Shown in pieces: positions 1-8,487 of a stretch of 64,000 bases of DNA (positions within the stretch are counted from its first letter, which is position 1; every line of letters starts with the position of its first letter). The notes below the pieces were generated by a model. The model saw only the letters and a program-made list of their open reading frames with translations, did not search any database and was not told where the DNA came from. The DNA is from an uncultured Ignavibacteriales bacterium (GTDB taxonomy: Bacteria; Zixibacteria; MSB-5A5; GN15; FEB-12): contig CAZGMK010000003.1 in the NCBI GenBank assembly GCA_964526835.1, forward strand, positions 83,436-147,435, read 5' to 3'. The position numbers and the translations under genes were made by a program.

Positions 1-1
1 T

Positions 2-352
2 CCGTCGACGGCGGAAGCGATTGAGGGTGAGTATACCCTGCCGCTGTTCATCTGTGATGATCCCCATCACTGCGGCCACCTGACCGAGAAGGCGCCGTCT
101 TTGGCCAATTTCCAGGGTGAGGCGTATGTTGAAATTTCCTCTGACCTGGCCGCTCGTTACGAGCTGACTGAAGACGATTCTGTCCGGGTGGAGTCGCCGG
201 TGGCGAAAGTCATTGCCCCGGTGCGGATTTCCGAATGGCTGGACAGCGATGTGGTTCGGCTGCCTCGTAATTTCGCCTCGACCGAGGCCAATTCGCTGCT
301 GATGCGCAAGCGGCGGGTCGACCGGGTAAAGATCAGCAAGGTGGAGAAGTAG
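2..352 (+). CDS. nuoG: NADH-quinone oxidoreductase subunit G-like, C-terminal fragment (5' end outside window)
   Basis: The frame is open from the window edge to TAG 350-352 and ends 3 nt before nuoH. The tail (..VRVESPVAKVIAPVRISEW..) resembles the molybdopterin-binding barrel tail of NuoG-type subunits. The TTG at 101 in the ORF track is internal. Confidence 0.55.
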   Translation, partial: PSTAEAIEGEYTLPLFICDDPHHCGHLTEKAPSLANFQGEAYVEISSDLAARYELTEDDSVRVESPVAKVIAPVRISEWLDSDVVRLPRNFASTEANSLLMRKRRVDRVKISKVEK

Positions 353-355
353 CCG

Positions 356-1339
356 ATGCTCGAAATGATAATCATATCGTCGCTCAAGGTTGCTGTCGTT
401 GTCGGCGCGGTCCTCACGGCCTGTGCTTATTCGACTTACCTGGAGCGCAAAGTGGTCGGTCATTTGCAGCATCGCATTGGTCCAAGTTACGCCGGACCGT
501 ATGGCCTACTGCAACCTATAGCCGATGCGGTGAAGCTGGTTTTCAAGGAGGACATTGTTCCCAGCCGGGCCGAGCGGATCACTTATTTGCTCGCACCCAT
601 AGTGGCTTTTGTTCCCCCGCTGCTCACTTTTGCGGTGGTTCCGTTCGCTCCCGACGGCGAGCTGTTCGGCTATGAAATCCAGGGTGTCATTTCGGACCTC
701 AACATCGCCCTGCTGTATATCTTCGCGATTGGTTCACTGGAAGTCTACGGAATCGTCCTGGCCGGTTGGTCGTCCGGTTCGAAGTACTCGTTGCTCGGTG
801 GAATACGTTCCTCGGCCCAGATGATCTCATATGAGATCGGCTATGGTCTGTCGATAATAGGGGTTCTGTTGATTGCCAACACGCTTTCGCTTCGTGAGAT
901 TGTGGAGCAGCAGTCCTCGGTTGGTGATTGGTTCATTTTCCGCCAGCCGGTGGCCTTCTTCCTATTCCTGGCCTGCGCCATTGCGGAGACAAACCGCGCT
1001 CCGTTTGATATGCCGGAGGCGGAGTCGGAGTTGGTCGGCGGCTACCATACCGAGTATTCATCGATGCGCTTTGCCACCTTCTTCATAGGCGAATACGCCG
1101 CGATGCTGGCCGCTTCAGCTTTGGCCGCAACGCTGTTTCTGGGAGGTTGGCAGGGTCCATGGCTGCCGGGCCTGGTCTGGTTCCTTATCAAGGTATTTGT
1201 TTTCATGTTTTTCTATATATGGCTGCGGGCGACCTTTCCGAGATTCCGTTACGACCAGCTCATGAATTTCGGCTGGAAAGTCTTGTTCCCGCTGGCCATG
1301 TTGAATACTATAGTCACGGCCATAATTGTAATGACGTGA
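356..1339 (+). CDS. nuoH: NADH-quinone oxidoreductase subunit H
   Basis: 327 aa polytopic protein with the classic NuoH/ND1 motifs GPYGLLQPIADAVKLVFKED and ETNRAPFDMPEAESELV. Confidence 0.95.
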   Translation: MLEMIIISSLKVAVVVGAVLTACAYSTYLERKVVGHLQHRIGPSYAGPYGLLQPIADAVKLVFKEDIVPSRAERITYLLAPIVAFVPPLLTFAVVPFAPDGELFGYEIQGVISDLNIALLYIFAIGSLEVYGIVLAGWSSGSKYSLLGGIRSSAQMISYEIGYGLSIIGVLLIANTLSLREIVEQQSSVGDWFIFRQPVAFFLFLACAIAETNRAPFDMPEAESELVGGYHTEYSSMRFATFFIGEYAAMLAASALAATLFLGGWQGPWLPGLVWFLIKVFVFMFFYIWLRATFPRFRYDQLMNFGWKVLFPLAMLNTIVTAIIVMT

Positions 1340-1355
1340 TCGGAGCGGCAGGACG

Positions 1356-1862
1356 ATGAGAGAAGTAGCCAAGGCATTTGTAAACGTCCTCTTCAGGATG
1401 CCGGTCGGGTTCTGGGTGACCTTCAAGCACCTGTTCCGCAAACCGGTGACGCTGGATTATCCGCGCAAGAAGAAGCCTATGGCGCCGCGTTACCGCGGGA
1501 AGCACTATCTCGAACGGTACGATGACGGGACCGAGCGATGTGTATGCTGTGGTTTGTGCGCCGCCGCTTGTCCCGCCGATGCGATCTACATGGAGCCGGA
1601 GGAGAACGAAAAGGGCGAACGACAGGCGAAGATCTACGAGATAAACCTCATCCGATGTATCTTCTGTGGTTTCTGCGAAGAGGCTTGCCCGGAGGAGGCG
1701 ATCTTCCTCGGGCACGAGTATGAGTTCTCCGCCTACGATCGTAACTCGTTTATCTACACGAAGGAAGAGATGCTGGTTCCGCATCCGCGCAAGGACAACC
1801 CATTCAAACGCATCTATCGCCGGGTGCGAAAAGCCTACGGAGTGACGGACAAACCGAAATGA
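1356..1862 (+). CDS. nuoI: NADH-quinone oxidoreductase subunit I (2x[4Fe-4S])
   Basis: Two ferredoxin motifs, CVCCGLCAAACP and CIFCGFCEEACP. Lies between nuoH and nuoJ. Confidence 0.95.
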   Translation: MREVAKAFVNVLFRMPVGFWVTFKHLFRKPVTLDYPRKKKPMAPRYRGKHYLERYDDGTERCVCCGLCAAACPADAIYMEPEENEKGERQAKIYEINLIRCIFCGFCEEACPEEAIFLGHEYEFSAYDRNSFIYTKEEMLVPHPRKDNPFKRIYRRVRKAYGVTDKPK

Positions 1863-2446
1863 CCATCGACACGATCATATTCGCCGTTTCGGCCATAATT
1901 GCAATCTTCGGTGCGGTCATGATGATCGCCCAGCGCAATCCCGTGGCTTCCGTCCTGTATCTCATCCTCTCAATGGTCGCGCAGGCGGTCCTGTACATTC
2001 AGTTGAGTGCGGTGTTCATGGCTGTTATCCTGCTGATTGTTTACGCCGGCGCGATCCTGGTTCTCTTCCTTTTTGTCATCATGCTGCTTAACCTGCGTGG
2101 TACCGAGGACCTGGGGCAGGAGAGCTACCCGATGAGGACAGGCGCCAAAGTTATCCTGGCCGGGCTGTTCTTTGTCGAAGGTACATTCGTGGTCAAAAGC
2201 GGGTTCTTCCCGGAGGCCGGCCCGACCGGCATGCTTCAGTCCATGCCCGAGACCTTCGGGAGCGTAGAAGCCGTGGCCGAGTTGCTGTTTACGAAGTACC
2301 TGTATCCTTTCGAGTTGACATCGATTCTGCTGCTTTCGGCCATCGTCGGGGCAGTGGTTCTGGCGAAGCGTTTCCGGGAGAACTCGGAGCCGACCGTGGG
2401 CATCGAGTCGCAAGATGCAACCAACGACGTTGAGGCAGGAGGCTGA
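1859..2446 (+). CDS. nuoJ: NADH-quinone oxidoreductase subunit J
   Basis: ATGA overlap with the nuoI stop. Hydrophobic ND6-like protein in conserved operon position. Confidence 0.9.
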   Translation: MTIDTIIFAVSAIIAIFGAVMMIAQRNPVASVLYLILSMVAQAVLYIQLSAVFMAVILLIVYAGAILVLFLFVIMLLNLRGTEDLGQESYPMRTGAKVILAGLFFVEGTFVVKSGFFPEAGPTGMLQSMPETFGSVEAVAELLFTKYLYPFELTSILLLSAIVGAVVLAKRFRENSEPTVGIESQDATNDVEAGG

Positions 2447-2447
2447 T

Positions 2448-2750
2448 ATGGTCGGCGTTCCCGCCTACTTGATCGTCGCCATGGTGCTGTTTGCTATAGG
2501 TACTGTTGGCGTATTGATCAGTCGCAACCTGATCATCCTGTTCATGTCCATTGAGTTGATGCTCAATGCCGCTAATCTGGGTCTTATTGCGTTTTCCCGG
2601 GCGCTGAACATCACCGACGGGCATGCCATCGTGTTCCTGGCGCTGACTGTCGCGGCCGCCGAGGCGGCGGTCGGCCTCGCGCTGATAATCACGGTCTTCC
2701 GCAATCGGGAGACAATAAGTGTGGACCGCTACAACCTGATGAAATGGTGA
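2448..2750 (+). CDS. nuoK: NADH-quinone oxidoreductase subunit K
   Basis: 100-aa 3-TM ND4L-like protein (..LMLNAANLGLIAFS..). I chose ATG 2448, which is preceded by GGCAGGAGG, over the upstream in-frame ATG at 2415 that overlaps nuoJ. Confidence 0.9.
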   Translation: MVGVPAYLIVAMVLFAIGTVGVLISRNLIILFMSIELMLNAANLGLIAFSRALNITDGHAIVFLALTVAAAEAAVGLALIITVFRNRETISVDRYNLMKW

Positions 2751-2764
2751 GGCGATAGACAATC

Positions 2765-4702
2765 ATGGCGGACTATCTGTTCCTGGTTCCACTGCTGCCG
2801 CTGATCGGCGTTTTGATCAACGGTTTGCTGCTCGGACGTCTGTCGCGGTCGGTCGTCAACCTGGTGGCATGTGCGACGGTTGGCCTCTCCTTTGTCCTCT
2901 CGGCTTTGCTGTTCTTCGAACTACGGAGCCTTCCATCCGATTCGCGGATTATTGAGCAGGTTCTGTTTACATGGATTCCCTCCGGAGCGCTGAAGGTCAA
3001 CATCGGTTTTCTTCTGGATCCTCTGTCGGCCGTGATGATCCTGGTGGTGAGCGGAGTGGGTTTTCTCATTCATGTGTATTCAACCGGCTACATGGCTCAC
3101 GATCCGGGCTTCGGCCGGTATTTTACGTATCTGAACCTGTTCACCTTCGCCATGCTGACCCTTGTCCTGGCCGATAATTACCTGCTAATGTTCGTGGGCT
3201 GGGAAGGAGTCGGGCTGTGTTCATACTTGCTGATCGGCTTCTGGTATGAGCGCAAATCGGCCAGTGATGCCGGCAAGAAGGCCTTCATTGTCAACCGAAT
3301 CGGTGACTTCGGTTTCCTTATCGCGATGTTCATCATCTTCTGGCAGGTCGGCTCGCTCGATTTTCTGACAGTCATGGAGACCGCTCCTCATGTCTTCATT
3401 GCGGGCGGCGGCCTCATCACTGCCGCGTGCATCCTGATGTTCGTGGGGGCAACAGGCAAGTCGGCTCAGATACCTCTCTATGTTTGGCTGCCAGATGCCA
3501 TGGAGGGCCCGACCCCGGTCTCGGCTCTGATCCATGCCGCGACGATGGTGACCGCGGGGGTTTATATGATCGCGCGCTCGAATGTCCTGTACCTGATGGC
3601 CCCCGATGCCCTGGGAGTCGTGGCCGTCATCGGCGCCGCGACCGCCCTGTTCGCCGCCACCATCGGGCTCGCTCAGAACGACATCAAGCGTGTCCTGGCC
3701 TATTCCACCGTCAGTCAGTTGGGATACATGTTCCTGGCCTGCGGTGTGGCTGCCTTTACCGCCGGGATATTTCACCTGATGACCCATGCTTTCTTCAAGG
3801 CGTTGCTGTTCCTGGCCTCGGGGGCTGTTATCCACGCGATGTCCGATGAGCAGGATATGCGCAAGATGGGCAATCTGAGGAAGTATCTGCCCGTCACCTA
3901 TATCACCATGCTGATCGCCACTCTGGCCATCAGCGGCATCCCCGGATTCAGCGGCTTCTTCTCCAAGGATGAGATTCTGTGGAAGTCCTTCTCCTCCGAT
4001 CACGGTCACTGGCTCCTCTGGCTGATTGGCTTCGTTACGGCCGGCCTCACGGCGTTCTACATGTTCCGCCTTATCTATCTTACGTTTCACGGTCAGGAGC
4101 GTATGGACGAGCACACGCGCGAACATATCCATGAGGCGCCCAGGTCAATGACTGTTCCCCTGATGGTGCTGGCGGTGTTGTCGGTAGTTGGCGGTTGGGT
4201 CGGGATTCCGCACATCTTCGGAGTGACGAATTACTTCGAGCATTGGCTGGAGCCGGTCATGGCAGGCCCTTCCCATGAGGCCGCTGTTCACGCTCTGGCG
4301 GCCAGCGGCGCCGACACCGGGATGGAGTGGTTGCTGATGGTGCTGTCGGTGGTGCTTGTGCTCACGGCCATATTCGCCGCTCGCAAGATATACAAGTCTT
4401 CGCCGGAGCTGGCCACCAGGCTGAGGGAGAGGATGTCCGGTGTTCATCGCGTGCTGCTTAACAAATACTATGTCGATGAGTTCTATCATGCGGTCGTGGT
4501 TCGTCCGGTCGTGGGCGGATCGATCTTCCTCTGGAAGATTGTGGATGTAGTCCTTATCGACGGCCTGATCAACGGCGCGGCGGCAGTTTACGGCGACATC
4601 TCGCAGCTACTGCGCCGGGCTCAGACCGGTCGCATTCGCAGCTATGCGACTGTATTTGTCTTTGGGGTCGTCGCGGTGTTGGCGTTCTACGTGTGGCGAT
4701 AG
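2765..4702 (+). CDS. nuoL: NADH-quinone oxidoreductase subunit L
   Basis: 645 aa antiporter-like subunit with WEGVGLCSYLLIGFW and SAQIPLYVWLPDAMEGPTPVSALIHAATMV. Confidence 0.95.
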   Translation: MADYLFLVPLLPLIGVLINGLLLGRLSRSVVNLVACATVGLSFVLSALLFFELRSLPSDSRIIEQVLFTWIPSGALKVNIGFLLDPLSAVMILVVSGVGFLIHVYSTGYMAHDPGFGRYFTYLNLFTFAMLTLVLADNYLLMFVGWEGVGLCSYLLIGFWYERKSASDAGKKAFIVNRIGDFGFLIAMFIIFWQVGSLDFLTVMETAPHVFIAGGGLITAACILMFVGATGKSAQIPLYVWLPDAMEGPTPVSALIHAATMVTAGVYMIARSNVLYLMAPDALGVVAVIGAATALFAATIGLAQNDIKRVLAYSTVSQLGYMFLACGVAAFTAGIFHLMTHAFFKALLFLASGAVIHAMSDEQDMRKMGNLRKYLPVTYITMLIATLAISGIPGFSGFFSKDEILWKSFSSDHGHWLLWLIGFVTAGLTAFYMFRLIYLTFHGQERMDEHTREHIHEAPRSMTVPLMVLAVLSVVGGWVGIPHIFGVTNYFEHWLEPVMAGPSHEAAVHALAASGADTGMEWLLMVLSVVLVLTAIFAARKIYKSSPELATRLRERMSGVHRVLLNKYYVDEFYHAVVVRPVVGGSIFLWKIVDVVLIDGLINGAAAVYGDISQLLRRAQTGRIRSYATVFVFGVVAVLAFYVWR

Positions 4703-4714
4703 AGGGAAGAGTTT

Positions 4715-6289
4715 ATGGAAGATCACATTCTGACATTGATTACATTCTTCCCGACCCTCGGGGCCGCCCTGCTGCTGCTCGTTCCGAAGCAGCAACACGA
4801 CAGCATACGCTCGATCAGCCTGATCGTGGCTTTTGTGACGATGCTGCTGTCGTTTCTGCTGTGGGGAATGTTCGATCCGTTGGCCAGCGGTATGCAGTTC
4901 GAAGTCAACACTGCCTGGATCAGCAGCTTCGGCATAAGCTATCATCTCGGCATAGACGGCATCTCGTTGCTGCTCATCATACTGACTTCGATTCTCACGG
5001 TCATTTGCATCATCTTCTCCTGGAAGTCTATCACCGACGGGGTAAAGGGGTTCTTCATCTCGATGCTTCTGCTCGAGACCGGTATGATCGGAGTCTTCTG
5101 CGCGCTCGATCTGTTCATGTTCTATGTTTTCTGGGAAGTGATGCTTGTCCCGATGTACTTCATCATCGGAGTGTGGGGCGGACCTCGCCGAATCTATGCC
5201 GCCATCAAGTTCGTGCTGTTTACAATGTTCGGGTCCCTGCTGATGCTGGTCGCCGTGCTGTGGGTCCTCTTCGAGTATCAGAAATTCGCCGGTGTCTACA
5301 CCTTCGACATGATGAAGCTGGCCGAAATGCCGATCGACTACCAGGCGCAAATATGGCTATTCGGCGCCTTCGCGCTCGCCTTTGCCATCAAGGTGCCTCT
5401 CTGGCCTCTGCATACCTGGCTCCCCGATGCTCATGTTCAGGCGCCGACAGCCGGCTCGGTCATACTGGCGGGGGTGCTGCTGAAAATGGGCACGTACGGC
5501 TTCCTTCGTATATGCCTGCCGATGTTCCCCGATGCCAGTGTTGCGGCGGTACCGCTGATCGGCGTGCTGTCGATAATCGCGATCATTTACGGCGCCCTGG
5601 TGGCTATGGTCCAGAAAGATGTCAAGTCGCTGGTGGCTTTCTCTTCGGTTTCCCACATGGGATTCTGTATGCTGGGCATGTTCGCGCTCAACACTCAAGG
5701 CCTCCAGGGTTCGGTCATGCAGATGATCAACCACGGAGTATCGACAGGGGCGCTCTTTCTTGTGGTAGGTATGATCTACGATCGCAGGCACACGAGAATG
5801 ATCAGCGAGTTCGGCGGGATCGCCAAGGTGATGCCGTTCTACTCGGCGGTGTTCATGATAGTGATGTTGTCGTCGATCGGCCTGCCGTTCACCAACGGCT
5901 TCGTCGGCGAGTTCCTGGTGCTGTTGGGCGTTTTCAAGGCGAATGCGGTCTTCGGTGTACTGGCGGCGTCGGGTGTGATTCTGGCCGCCTGTTACATGCT
6001 CTGGATGTACCAGCGCGTGATATTCGGCAAGCTAACGAATCCGGCCAACGAGAAACTTACCGATATCAACCTGCGCGAGAAACTTACGGTCGTGCCGCTG
6101 GTGCTGCTGATTTTCTGGATCGGTATCTACCCGAAGCCGCTATTGGATCGTATTGAGCCGGCGGTTCGTGGAATCCTGCAGCAAATGACTAAAGCGCATA
6201 CGGTTCAAATCGATCCGGATCGCGGCGTGATAAAACCCGTGGACAGCGATACCTGGACTATCGAGTCGCTGGTCGATAGAGGCAAGTGA
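4715..6289 (+). CDS. nuoM: NADH-quinone oxidoreductase subunit M
   Basis: 524 aa with PLWPLHTWLPDAHVQAPTAGSVILAGVLLKMGTYG, an ND4-type motif. Confidence 0.95.
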   Translation: MEDHILTLITFFPTLGAALLLLVPKQQHDSIRSISLIVAFVTMLLSFLLWGMFDPLASGMQFEVNTAWISSFGISYHLGIDGISLLLIILTSILTVICIIFSWKSITDGVKGFFISMLLLETGMIGVFCALDLFMFYVFWEVMLVPMYFIIGVWGGPRRIYAAIKFVLFTMFGSLLMLVAVLWVLFEYQKFAGVYTFDMMKLAEMPIDYQAQIWLFGAFALAFAIKVPLWPLHTWLPDAHVQAPTAGSVILAGVLLKMGTYGFLRICLPMFPDASVAAVPLIGVLSIIAIIYGALVAMVQKDVKSLVAFSSVSHMGFCMLGMFALNTQGLQGSVMQMINHGVSTGALFLVVGMIYDRRHTRMISEFGGIAKVMPFYSAVFMIVMLSSIGLPFTNGFVGEFLVLLGVFKANAVFGVLAASGVILAACYMLWMYQRVIFGKLTNPANEKLTDINLREKLTVVPLVLLIFWIGIYPKPLLDRIEPAVRGILQQMTKAHTVQIDPDRGVIKPVDSDTWTIESLVDRGK

Positions 6290-6291
6290 CA

Positions 6292-6513
6292 ATGGCTGAT
6301 GTGATTATATATACCAAGGCGGGCTGTCCGTACTGCGCGGCGGCGAAAAAGCACTATGCGGAAAACGGTGTGGCCTACGATGAGGTCGACATTCACAATA
6401 CGCCGGGGGCCAGGGACAAGGTCATTGAACTGACCGACGGTGAACGGATTGTTCCGGTGATCCTGGACCGCGGTGAATTGAAAATCGGATTCGGTGGCGG
6501 ATGAGGGTTTTAG
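6292..6513 (+). CDS. Glutaredoxin-like protein, candidate selenoprotein (TGA 6502-6504 read as Sec; ...GFGGG-U-G-F-stop)
   Basis: Grx fold with CPYC near the N-terminus (MADVIIYTKAGCPYCAAAKK..). The conventional ORF stops at TGA 6502-6504, but the frame continues GGG TTT TAG. A hairpin follows 11 nt after the TGA. An alternative GTG start at 6286 overlaps the nuoM stop (GTGA). If the TGA is a plain stop, the end is 6504. Confidence 0.6.
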
Positions 6514-6515
6514 CT

Positions 6516-6535
6516 TCGGCGACGGTCGTCGTCGG
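6516..6535 (+). promoter_or_regulatory. Candidate bacterial SECIS-like hairpin (8-bp stem, GGUC tetraloop)
   Basis: Stem 6516-6523 pairs with 6528-6535 (U-G, C-G, G-C, G-U, C-G, G-C, A-U, C-G). Loop GGUC is 6524-6527. The stem begins exactly 11 nt after the TGA. Confidence 0.5.
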
Positions 6536-6547
6536 TTCTGAGTAAAT

Positions 6548-7996
6548 ATGATAGACTTCACTTCGGCATCTATAGACTTCGGCATGCTGGCGCCCGAAAT
6601 CGCGCTGATAGCAGCCGCATTCGTCATTCTTCTGACATCGTCTCTGCGATCGGTTTCGCGCTTGGCCCCGGTCTTTGCTCTCATCGGACTGGCTGTCTCG
6701 CTCTTCCTTGCGGTTGGGCAATGGGGAAATCAGGCATCCGGCTTCTTCGGGATGGTTACCTGCGATGACTACGGGACGGCCTTCAAAGTCATCTTCGCAG
6801 TGATCTCCATCATCACGCTTTTTATCGCTCACCGCTATCTTGCGGTAAAGGGGATAAACCGGGCCGAGTTCTACGCCCTGTTGCTTATATCGACCATGGG
6901 CATGATGGTCATGGCTAACAGCACGGACCTGGTCGTTATGTTCCTCGGGCTCGAGATAATGTCGGTGCCCCTCTATGTCATGGCCGCATTCGCCCGCAGG
7001 TCGCTCATATCGAACGAAGCAGGCCTGAAGTACTTTGTCATGGGCGCCTTCGCCAGCGGCTTCCTGCTGATGGGTATAACTCTGGTCTTCGGCGCTTCAG
7101 AAACCACTGACCTGCGCCGTCTGGTGGCCGATTTCAGCTACATAATGGCCAGTAACCGTGAGCTGCTCTATGCCGGGTCCGCCCTCATGCTGGTTGGATT
7201 CTGCTTCAAGGTCGCCGCGGTTCCCTTCCATACATGGGTGCCCGATGTGTATCAGGGTGCGCCCACGCCGGTAACGGCCTTCTTCTCGGCCGGGCCTAAG
7301 GCGGCAGGATTCGCTGTCATGCTTCGCATATTCTTGTTTGGCCTGGAGCAGGTCGATATTCTTTCGACAACCTTCTGGGTCCTTGCGGTACTAACCATGA
7401 CAGTGGGTAACGTATTGGCGCTCCGACAGGATAACGTCAAGCGCATGCTTGCCTATTCGTCGATCGCCCACGCAGGCTATATCTTGATAGCCCTGGCGGT
7501 AGGAGGTTCGGAGGCCATTTCCGCAGCCATCTTCTATCTGGTGGGCTACGCCATGTTCAACCTGGGTGGCTTTGCGGTGATAACCCTGCTCGAGACTCGA
7601 TCGGGATGTCGATCCGACTTCAGTGAACTCTCCGGGCTGTCCAGGGCCAACCCTTACCTGGCCGGGGTCCTTGCGCTGTTCATGTTTGCGCTCTCTGGTT
7701 TCCCCCCGACGGTCGGATTCTTCGGTAAGTTCTATATCTTTTCGGCCGCTGTTAAGGCCGGATTCATCTGGCTGGCCATAATCGGCGTCCTGAATTCATT
7801 CGTTTCGGTCTATTACTATCTTCGGGTGGTCAAGGCAGCTTATCTTGACCAGAGCGAGTCAGCATTCATTCCGGTCACTTATTCGACGAGCATTGTCCTG
7901 GCGCTCATCATAACCGCTGCTGGTACGATGGGATTGGGTCTCTGGCCGCAGCATTTTCTGAAGCTATCGCAGCAGGCACTATTCGCCTTCCTGTAG
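6548..7996 (+). CDS. nuoN: NADH-quinone oxidoreductase subunit N
   Basis: 482 aa ND2-like protein with AAVPFHTWVPDVYQGAPTPVTAFFSAGPKAAGF. Confidence 0.95.
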   Translation: MIDFTSASIDFGMLAPEIALIAAAFVILLTSSLRSVSRLAPVFALIGLAVSLFLAVGQWGNQASGFFGMVTCDDYGTAFKVIFAVISIITLFIAHRYLAVKGINRAEFYALLLISTMGMMVMANSTDLVVMFLGLEIMSVPLYVMAAFARRSLISNEAGLKYFVMGAFASGFLLMGITLVFGASETTDLRRLVADFSYIMASNRELLYAGSALMLVGFCFKVAAVPFHTWVPDVYQGAPTPVTAFFSAGPKAAGFAVMLRIFLFGLEQVDILSTTFWVLAVLTMTVGNVLALRQDNVKRMLAYSSIAHAGYILIALAVGGSEAISAAIFYLVGYAMFNLGGFAVITLLETRSGCRSDFSELSGLSRANPYLAGVLALFMFALSGFPPTVGFFGKFYIFSAAVKAGFIWLAIIGVLNSFVSVYYYLRVVKAAYLDQSESAFIPVTYSTSIVLALIITAAGTMGLGLWPQHFLKLSQQALFAFL

Positions 7997-8277
7997 ACCG
8001 GGAACTACGACGAAAGTTCGAGGTCCAACACAGCCAGTACCATTGAGGCCTCGCTGCCGCGGACCTGCCTGCCGATCGGGGGACGTCGGCGCGGGGCACA
8101 TGTCCATTCCGGGCGCCTGTGGAAGGAGCCCATAATCAACGGAAAACCGGGCTGCCCTGCCTCTGGTCAGGCGACACAAGGCTGTCCACAACGCGGCACA
8201 ACGGCCTCTGTCAAACAGGCACGAGGCTTGCCTCCGCGGCGGCGTCAGTGGGCCGCCCGAAGTTCATCAGCAAGCCC

Positions 8278-8487
8278 CTATAGCATGCGGAAGTAGTAAC
8301 AGGGTTGGGGGCCACCCTGGAACATGTAGCTGACCAGGTAGACCAGATCGGCAATATCGATATCGCCGATGCAGTTGACATTGGCCGACTCGTAGGGGAC
8401 AGGCGGCGGGCCGCCCTGAAACATGAAAGTGACCAGGTAGACCAGATCCGCAATGTCCACGCCTCCGCCGGAACCATCGACATCGCC
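8278..8487 (-). repeat. Twin dockerin-like (EF-hand type) repeat module at the protease C-terminus
   Basis: GDVDGSGGGVDIADLVYLVTFMFQGGPPP ... GDIDIADLVYLVSYMFQGGPQP. DNA cores at 8321-8350 and 8420-8449 are near-identical to cores at 62889-62918 and 62990-63019. Confidence 0.65.

Noticed and set aside
3221-4132. Long antisense or off-frame ORFs throughout the window. Examples: 3221-4132 (-), 4693-6156 (+), 8305-9117 (+), 32109-33236 (+), 51169-51876 (+), 57954-58784 (+).
   Set aside because: They lie entirely inside strongly supported genes on the other strand or frame. Their composition is Arg/Pro/Gly/His-rich and low-complexity, and they carry no recognisable motifs. This is typical of shadow ORFs in GC-rich DNA.
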